Below, one piece after another: positions 36,087 through 42,263 of a stretch of DNA of 42,263 bases. Both the position numbers and the translations under genes were made by a program. The stretch is from an uncultured Acidimicrobiales bacterium. Lineage in GTDB: Bacteria > Actinomycetota > Acidimicrobiia > Acidimicrobiales > SHLQ01. The stretch is from assembly GCA_964494395.1 (NCBI GenBank), contig CAZBTI010000005.1:12830-55092 (forward strand), given 5' to 3'. The notes under the pieces are model-generated. The model worked only from the letters and a program-made list of their open reading frames with translations, was not told the origin of the DNA and searched no databases. Within the stretch, counting starts at the first letter, position 1; every line of letters begins with the position of its first letter.

Positions 36087-36578
36087 CTAGCTCACGTCTT
36101 CGCCGTACATGGCTCCTAGGTCGTCGGCGATGAGTTCGATGCGCTCGCCATCGGGGCCGGCGAAGTAGATCGAGGTTTCAAAATCGAAATCGATCTTCAC
36201 GCCAGCGTCGATGACGGCTTGGCGCAGGCGGGCATGATTCTCGGGGTCGACGGAGATGGCTATGTGGTGCAGACCTCCGAGAACTTCCATGTATGGGCCG
36301 AGGCCAAGATCTGGGAAGTCGAAGAACGCGAGCAAGTTGCCGTTGCCGAGATCGAAGAAGAAGTGCGTCGAACCGGGGTAATCGCGGTTCTCGAACAGTT
36401 CGGTGAGCGGGAAGCCGAGGACCCCTTGGTAGAAGTTGATCGTCCGTTCGACATCGCTGCTCAGAGCAACCACGTGATGAACCCCCCGAGCCGTAGAGGC
36501 GGGGCGCTCCGAGGAGGGGTGGAGGTATTGGGAGCGAAGGGTGTCCCATTCCTCGGTCCGATCGACGTGGTTGCTCAT
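36087..36578 (-). CDS. VOC/glyoxalase family protein
   Basis: GVHHVAL, FYQGVLGF, GGLHHIAI, SIYFAGPDGERIEL. Confidence 0.9.
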   Translation of the reverse strand: MSNHVDRTEEWDTLRSQYLHPSSERPASTARGVHHVVALSSDVERTINFYQGVLGFPLTELFENRDYPGSTHFFFDLGNGNLLAFFDFPDLGLGPYMEVLGGLHHIAISVDPENHARLRQAVIDAGVKIDFDFETSIYFAGPDGERIELIADDLGAMYGEDVS

Positions 36579-36603
36579 TGCATGTGCCTTCCTGTGTGCC
36601 CCG

Positions 36604-37140
36604 CTATCCCTCGCTCGGGACAGCTTGGATTTCTAGCTCGATACTGATCTTGTCATTGATCAGCATGCCGTCAAGGCCGATCGGCATGTTGAAGCTGATA
36701 CCAAAGTCGGATCGCAGGATTTCGCCCGTCGCGCTGAAGCCTGCCCGCGTGACGCCGTAGCCGTCGACCGCCACGCCATGAAACTCGAGGTCGAAGGTGA
36801 CTTCCTTGGACGTCCCGTTGATCGAAAGGTCGCCGGTGAGCGAGGACTCGGTAACGCTGGTCGAGGTGAACGTCATTTGCGGGTTGTTCTCGACGCCGAA
36901 GAAGTCGGTGCTCTGCAGGTGCCCGTCGCGGTCGGCGTTGTTGGTGTCGATCGAGGAGAGTTCGACGACGGCCTGTACGGAGCTTGCGAGTCGGTCGGCC
37001 GAGATTTCCAGAGCCCCACTGAACTCGTTGAACTGGCCTCGGACCTTGCTCAGACCGAGGTGGCGGACGGTGAAGCCGACCGAGCTGTGCGCAGGTTCGA
37101 TGTTCCAAGTGCCTTCGGTGAGCGTGGGTGATTCGGACAT
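36604..37140 (-). CDS. YceI family protein
   Basis: HSSVGFTVRHLG.SKVRGQF, SIDTNNADRDGHL...DFF, GDLSING, RSDFGI; RBS AAGGAGG before ATG 37140. Confidence 0.93.
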   Translation of the reverse strand: MSESPTLTEGTWNIEPAHSSVGFTVRHLGLSKVRGQFNEFSGALEISADRLASSVQAVVELSSIDTNNADRDGHLQSTDFFGVENNPQMTFTSTSVTESSLTGDLSINGTSKEVTFDLEFHGVAVDGYGVTRAGFSATGEILRSDFGISFNMPIGLDGMLINDKISIELEIQAVPSEG

Positions 37141-37184
37141 GGGTGCCTCCTTGGCGGGTTCGTGTTCTGAGGACTCAGACACGA

Positions 37185-37233
37185 TAGTTAAAGTTTGAAC
37201 TACTCGTGGAGTATATGGTTCAAGTTTGAACTA
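37185..37233. promoter_or_regulatory. Two palindromic operators, probably bound by the MarR regulator
   Basis: TAGTTAAAGTTTGAACTA (37185-37202) and TGGTTCAAGTTTGAACTA (37216-37233) between divergent yceI and marR. Confidence 0.7.
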
Positions 37234-37267
37234 TTGCAACGTCGCGCTCGGCTATCCTGTAATAGCA

Positions 37268-37738
37268 ATGAGCAGAACCGACTGGCTTTCAACCGATGAG
37301 ATGCGTCTGTGGCGCACGTTCCTCAAAGCATCAGCCGCCGTGATGACCAACGTCGATGCCTCCTTCAAGAAGGCTCACGACATTGGGGTTGACGACTACG
37401 AAGTTCTCGTTCACCTGAGTGAGGCCGAGGGCCATCGACTTCGAATGAGCGAACTATCCGCTGTGCTACTGCACTCGCGGAGCCGGCTCACCCAGCGAGT
37501 CGACCGATTAGAGAAGCGGTCCTATGTCGAGCGACAGAAGTGCGCGGACGACGGACGCGGCACGTGGGCTGTCCTCACCGACTCCGGCTCGGCGGCCCTG
37601 AAGAAGGCCGCACCCGACCACCTCGTCGACGTGCGTACGTTCTTCTTCGATCACATCGATACAGACGACGTGCCCGCACTCGCGGACGCTCTTGAGGGTG
37701 TGGCCGATCAGCTCGAGAACAAGTCGAACGACACCTAG
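37268..37738 (+). CDS. MarR family transcriptional regulator
   Basis: WL...E...WR, YEVLVHLSE, LRMSEL, SRSRLT..VDRLE, DGRG...LT. Confidence 0.93.
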   Translation: MSRTDWLSTDEMRLWRTFLKASAAVMTNVDASFKKAHDIGVDDYEVLVHLSEAEGHRLRMSELSAVLLHSRSRLTQRVDRLEKRSYVERQKCADDGRGTWAVLTDSGSAALKKAAPDHLVDVRTFFFDHIDTDDVPALADALEGVADQLENKSNDT

Positions 37739-38928
37739 CTCGGGTCCGAGACCGAATCGTCGCGGTGCTCGATGAACTTGCGACGACGCGGGCGGCGCTT
37801 CGGGATCATGTCGCGCATCTCTTCGAGCTTTCCGAAACACAGAAGTTGATCGTTCGCTTCGAGGACGAGACTTCGCTTCGGCGTCGGGATGACTTGGGTT
37901 CCGCGCTGCACGGTCAAGACGGTGATGTCACGCTCCTCCAGACCGCTCTCCCCGAGTGGGCGTCCAACGAACGCTCCGTCTTCGCGGACGAGTAATTCGG
38001 CGACACCATACCCTCGCGAGACCGACAGCCGCTGGCGAACGTCGAGCTCAGGGAACGCCACCTGGTTATCGACGTAGTCGATGATGATTCGGGCGATGTT
38101 CTTGCCCGTCGCTCGTTCGATGCCTTGCAGACCGGGCGAGGAGTTGACCTCCATCACCAGCGGACCGCGATCGCTTTCCAACATGTCGACGCCGGCAACA
38201 CGCAACCCCATGATCTGCGCGGACCGAACCGCAGCCTGTTCGTATTCGGGGCTGAGGTCGATGCCCTCGGAATTTCCGCCGCGGTGCAGGTTCGACCGAA
38301 AGTCGCCTCCACCCGAAGACCTCCTCATCGCCCCCACCACTTGATCGCCAACGACGAACGCTCGCACATCAGTGCCGGAGCTTTCTTTGACGAACTCCTG
38401 GATAAGTACGTTCTGTCGCGTGGCCTGCAGCGTCTCGATCATGGCTTGAGCAACGATGAGGTCGGGCGCCAGCATCACGCCAATGCCTTGGGTGCCTTCG
38501 TGGAGCTTGATGACGACAGGAGCACCACCGACGCGATCGATCGCCGGAAGAATATCGGCCCGGTCACGAACGAAGGTGGTGGCAGGCATGCCGATGCGAT
38601 GGCGGGCGAGGATCTGGTGCGCGTGGAGCTTGTCTCGGCTGTTCCGAATGCCTGCAGAGGTGTTCGGTGTGTACACATCCATCTGTTCAAACTGACGGAC
38701 GACCGAGGTTCCGAAGTAGGTGACCGACGCTCCAACGCGAGGTAGCACAGCGTCATAGTCCGACAGTTGGTTGCCCGAGTAGAAGAGATCGGGCTCGTCA
38801 TCGCTGAGGTCGATTGCGAACCGGAACGTGTCGAGGATGCGGACTTGGTGTCCGGCTTCGAGCGCGGCCGTCTTCAGACGCTGAGTCGAATAACTCCTCG
38901 GTTCTCGGGAAAGGATCGCAAGCCTCAC
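37735..38928 (-). CDS. RimK-family ATP-grasp alpha-L-glutamate ligase with a C-terminal TrkA-C (RCK_C) domain
   Basis: YSTQRL, PRVGAS, SRDKL, VIKL.EGTQGIGV, FRSNLHRGG, EVNSSPG; C-terminal VGRPLGESGL..ITVLTVQRG..P..LEANDQLLCFG. Confidence 0.9.
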   Translation of the reverse strand: MRLAILSREPRSYSTQRLKTAALEAGHQVRILDTFRFAIDLSDDEPDLFYSGNQLSDYDAVLPRVGASVTYFGTSVVRQFEQMDVYTPNTSAGIRNSRDKLHAHQILARHRIGMPATTFVRDRADILPAIDRVGGAPVVIKLHEGTQGIGVMLAPDLIVAQAMIETLQATRQNVLIQEFVKESSGTDVRAFVVGDQVVGAMRRSSGGGDFRSNLHRGGNSEGIDLSPEYEQAAVRSAQIMGLRVAGVDMLESDRGPLVMEVNSSPGLQGIERATGKNIARIIIDYVDNQVAFPELDVRQRLSVSRGYGVAELLVREDGAFVGRPLGESGLEERDITVLTVQRGTQVIPTPKRSLVLEANDQLLCFGKLEEMRDMIPKRRPRRRKFIEHRDDSVSDPS

Positions 38929-39038
38929 TACACTCCTGATCGGCCGGGCGGGCCACCCTCTTCACTTAAGCAGTTCATGCTGGACCGGCCCTCGAACAGT
39001 AACGCGAGCCGACCGCTCGCGAGAAATAGCGATCACCC

Positions 39039-40025
39039 ATGACTTCCCGAGCTCCCTTCGAAATCGGCGGTGCCGATGTCAAGCCAGGCCGTTCCGCGCA
39101 GGTTGAGCTGCCCGTCGATCGGCTGATCACCGGCGCCCCAATGTCCATGCCAGTCACCGTGCTTCACGGCGCAAACGACGGACCGACCGTGTGGATCAAC
39201 GCAGCAGTTCACGGAGATGAACTCAACGGTGTCGAAGTCGTCAACCGGGTACTTGCTGACCTCGACCCGAAGTTGATGAACGGCACCCTTCTCGCTGTAC
39301 CGGTAGTGAACGTACACGGCTTCATGAGCGGTGACCGCTACCTTCCCGACCGTCGTGACTTGAACCGATCGTTTCCGGGCAGCGCCAAGGGTTCCCTGGC
39401 TTCGCGCATGGCCCACATCTTCATGACCGAGATCGTCGATCGTTGCGAGATTGGCATCGACCTCCACACCGCAAGCGACAATCGCACCAACCTTCCCCAG
39501 ATTCGTGCCGACCTCGACGATCCTCGGACCCGGGAGCTCGCCGAAGTGTTTGGAGTGCCGCTCATGATGCACTCGAAGGCGGGAGCTGGCACCCTTCGTC
39601 GTGCCGCTGGCAAAACCAATACGTTGCTCCTCTTATATGAGGCAGGTGAGGCATTGCGCTTCAACAAGCGGGCGATCAGCAACGGCGTGAGTGGCGTGCG
39701 GCGAGTACTCCGGCATCTAGAAATTGCCGATTGGGACGGACCCGAACGCAAGACCACAGAGATCTCTCGGTCATCGCGATGGATGCGGGCATCGAAGAGC
39801 GGGGTGCTCCGTATGGATGTCGACCTTGGCGATGTCGTCGAGGAGCGACAAGTCCTCGGCACGATCATCGATGCGTTTGGCAAACGACTCAGCACGGTGA
39901 AATCAACGCGAGCTGGCCTCGTTATCGGACGGACGCTCTACCCCATATGCAACAAGGGTGATGCTCTTGTGCACATCGCCAGCCTCGAAGAATCTAACGG
40001 TGCCCGGGAGACTTCCGGGCCATAG
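39039..40025 (+). CDS. Succinylglutamate desuccinylase / aspartoacylase (M14-like) family protein
   Basis: AAVHGDELNG, DLNRSFPG, IDLHT, LYEAGEALR. Confidence 0.92.
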   Translation: MTSRAPFEIGGADVKPGRSAQVELPVDRLITGAPMSMPVTVLHGANDGPTVWINAAVHGDELNGVEVVNRVLADLDPKLMNGTLLAVPVVNVHGFMSGDRYLPDRRDLNRSFPGSAKGSLASRMAHIFMTEIVDRCEIGIDLHTASDNRTNLPQIRADLDDPRTRELAEVFGVPLMMHSKAGAGTLRRAAGKTNTLLLLYEAGEALRFNKRAISNGVSGVRRVLRHLEIADWDGPERKTTEISRSSRWMRASKSGVLRMDVDLGDVVEERQVLGTIIDAFGKRLSTVKSTRAGLVIGRTLYPICNKGDALVHIASLEESNGARETSGP

Positions 40026-40071
40026 GTCAGAAGGACCTCAATCCAACCCGATTTTCTGTCGATAGGCCAGC

Positions 40072-40545
40072 ATGTCGAACCTCGACCCTACTCTCGACGA
40101 TGACAACTCCGAGAGCCAGAAAATTCAAGTCCTTCACAATCGTGTGATCCCTGGTTCGATCGGAACGATCGAACAGCTCATCATCGCGAACCACGCGGTG
40201 GTCGTCGTCGCATCGACTTCGAAGAAGGGTCGGGTCAAGGCCAGCAAGAGAGGCGTTTCTGTCGGCGGAGCCGATCTCGAGGTCATCCTCACCGGCTTGC
40301 ATGGCCGCGTGAACACTGTCAGGCACCTGCTCGGTGGCGAGGCGCTCGTCTATGGAGCGCTTGTGCTCAACAAGATTCCTAAGGCTGATGTCGTGGTGCA
40401 AAACACCATCCCGATCGGATCGGCGACGGCAATCTTCGAGTACGTCACGCAACAACACATGGCTGCACCACCGAGAAACTTGAAGGCCATCGCGTACGAC
40501 CTTCACGGGATCTTCGTCGAGATGGAAACGTTCGGCGTCGCCTAA
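40072..40545 (+). CDS. Hypothetical protein resembling a degenerate NERD domain
   Basis: VLHNRVIPGSIGTIEQLIIA..AVVVVASTSKKGRV compared with typical VLHD..IPGS.ANIDH...P.GV.VIDAK..KG. Confidence 0.55.
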   Translation: MSNLDPTLDDDNSESQKIQVLHNRVIPGSIGTIEQLIIANHAVVVVASTSKKGRVKASKRGVSVGGADLEVILTGLHGRVNTVRHLLGGEALVYGALVLNKIPKADVVVQNTIPIGSATAIFEYVTQQHMAAPPRNLKAIAYDLHGIFVEMETFGVA

Positions 40546-40567
40546 CTACTGATCGTTCTCGGTGTCG

Positions 40568-41770
40568 CTACGGCGCGAGAACGTTCATTGCCTCGAGAGC
40601 CCGACGATGACACGTTGGCCACTGCGTGTTCGGTCGGGTTGCCTCCCACCAGACCTTCGTGACCTCATCTTGGATGTCGGCTGGCACGAGGTGCGGTAGC
40701 ACTCCGTCGAACTGCGGGAAACCTGCGAGTCTCGTCGCCGCGTTCCATGTAGCGGGGAGCCATTGCACGCCACCGAAGAAGCCGTTGCCGGTATTGATCG
40801 CATGGTTGTTGGTCGACTCACAGAAGAGCATTGCTTCCAACCCAACATCGGTGAGGAGCGGCCACCCGAACTGGTTTACGCCCTGGGGGGCTTGACTCGC
40901 CGGAACCGGTTCACCCACCGGTGGGGCCACATCGGCCGGATCTTCATCGACAGGGGCTGGGTCGACCGGCGCTGGGTCGTCAAACTGGTTCTCGCAGTTG
41001 ATGACCCGATCGCCGTCTTCGAAGTCGCAGCGGTCGACACCACCACCAGCGCGGACAACGTCGCTGCCAGCGTCGCCGTCGAGCGTATCGGTACCTCGGT
41101 TACCAAAGATCGCGTCGTTACCCGAGTCGCCGGAGATGACATCAGCTCCGCGCCCACCAAGGATCCGGTCATTGCCGGGGCCCCCGGCCAGTCGATCGTC
41201 GCCTGCATGACCCAAGACGAGGTCGACACCGTCGCCACCAAAGATCACGTCGTCCCCCCGCCTACCCTGCAAACGGTCGTCGCCGGCTTCGCCTGAGAGA
41301 CGATCGTTACCTCCCATGCCGAGCAGCACGTCATTACCGGTACCACCGATAAGGCGGTCGGCACCAGCACCACCACGAGCTTCATCGTTCCCTGCCCCAA
41401 GGCTGATCTCGTCTTCTCCCCCACTGCCGAGAACACGGTCATCGCCGTCGCCACCATTGATGACATCGTCACCGGTACCGCCACAGATCAGGTCGTCACC
41501 ACCGCCACCGCTCAAGACGTCGTCACCGCCAAAGCCAAGAATGAAGTCCCGTGTGGCGTTGCCGCCGACAAGCACGTCGACGCCATCGGTTCCAAGGATG
41601 ACCTCGTAGCCAGCAGCAGCTGCAGTCTCGGCGGTAAAGCCGAGACACGAGGTATCGACAGCTTGGGCACCGACCGGACCGGCCGTTGCTAGAACGCTGG
41701 CCGAAAGCGACAGACCCAACAGCGCAATAACGCGTCGAATCAATGGGTTGTGTACACGTTCATGCGACAT
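40568..41770 (-). CDS. Secreted protein with hemolysin-type (RTX) Ca2+-binding repeats and a C-terminal Rpf-like transglycosylase domain
   Basis: Signal peptide; many GGxGxDxLx nonapeptides; CES, INTGNGFFGGVQW...TW, Q, WPTC. Confidence 0.88.
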   Translation of the reverse strand: MSHERVHNPLIRRVIALLGLSLSASVLATAGPVGAQAVDTSCLGFTAETAAAAGYEVILGTDGVDVLVGGNATRDFILGFGGDDVLSGGGGDDLICGGTGDDVINGGDGDDRVLGSGGEDEISLGAGNDEARGGAGADRLIGGTGNDVLLGMGGNDRLSGEAGDDRLQGRRGDDVIFGGDGVDLVLGHAGDDRLAGGPGNDRILGGRGADVISGDSGNDAIFGNRGTDTLDGDAGSDVVRAGGGVDRCDFEDGDRVINCENQFDDPAPVDPAPVDEDPADVAPPVGEPVPASQAPQGVNQFGWPLLTDVGLEAMLFCESTNNHAINTGNGFFGGVQWLPATWNAATRLAGFPQFDGVLPHLVPADIQDEVTKVWWEATRPNTQWPTCHRRALEAMNVLAP

Positions 41771-41838
41771 GGGGGTGACCCGCCTTTGGACGATTAGCGC
41801 CACAACCTAAGTCCGTAACACAAATGAAACAAGTCGAA

Positions 41839-41861
41839 GGTCAATCCTGAGGTCTGGCCCT
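41839..41861 (+). repeat. Degenerate REP-like copy
   Basis: GGTCAATCCTGAGGTCTGGCCCT, 19/23 identical to the reverse complement of 21412-21434. Confidence 0.45.
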
Positions 41862-42263
41862 GTGTGTTGTAGGCCGACAATCATTCTTGGAAACGACAGT
41901 CTTTCTTGGAAGACCTCTGGAAATTCCAAACTACGTTGCCAGCCTGCCAAGGTTGGACACTAGGGGTTTCGTTCAGCGGAACACTGCGATCAGGTCAAGC
42001 ATGAGCAAGGGACCTTCAAGGTACTGGCCCTCTTTGCCAGCCTCGCCCCATCGTCGATCCGTTTTCGCACTGTGCCAAGCATGAGGGCACGGTCGTCTTG
42101 TGGCAGTTGGCGGACTACTTCTGGTTTCATGGCTCCGGCGAGCGACCAGTCGGATTCGTCGTCGTCTCCGACACACAGCGAATTCTTGACTTCGTCAAGT
42201 GGGAGCCAGACAGTGCCGCGTAAATCCGACCATCGCAGGTCCAGCGGCCTCCAATATTACCTT

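Noticed and set aside
1070-41609. Many long antisense or off-frame ORFs (e.g. 8649-9629, 16991-17773, 18148-18960, 24994-25836, 29111-29779)
   Set aside because: Shadow ORFs expected from high-GC codon bias opposite well-supported genes; no family motifs.
41771-42263. c-di-AMP (ydaO) riboswitch upstream of the Rpf-like gene, or a coding fragment at the window end
   Set aside because: I could not find the ydaO consensus elements, and the short open frames (e.g. 41973-42176) show no recognisable motifs.

Overview
GC-rich actinobacterial chromosomal segment, most consistent with Acidimicrobiia (inferred from gene content, F420-dependent PPOX enzyme, Rpf domain and many leaderless TANNNT promoters). 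It holds housekeeping genes (tsaE-tsaB-rimI-tsaD, alr, hisC-like aminotransferase, SNF2 helicase). The main finding is an apparent sulfoquinovose (SQ) catabolic module at 16961-20202: an SmoC/SquD-like flavin monooxygenase, an SmoB/SquF-like aldo-keto reductase and a divergent GH188/SqgA-like NAD+-dependent sulfoquinovosidase. This module shares LacI-type operators with an adjacent alpha-glucoside ABC transporter/LacI/GH13 cluster (21494-29081). A RAYT (HUH/Y1) transposase flanked by four GGGTCWGACCC palindromic REP-like units lies between the two; related cores occur inside the 3' end of rimI and near 41.85 kb. Other notable items are a BLUF-AraC gene pair, a secreted RTX-repeat/Rpf fusion, a secreted spondin/ricin-like/beta-propeller protein, two apparently catalytically degenerate nucleases (EEP and NERD folds), an orphan WCX fragment and a candidate ~90-nt structured RNA upstream of the helicase. 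No rRNA, tRNA or CRISPR array was seen. All family assignments come from motif recognition, not database searches.
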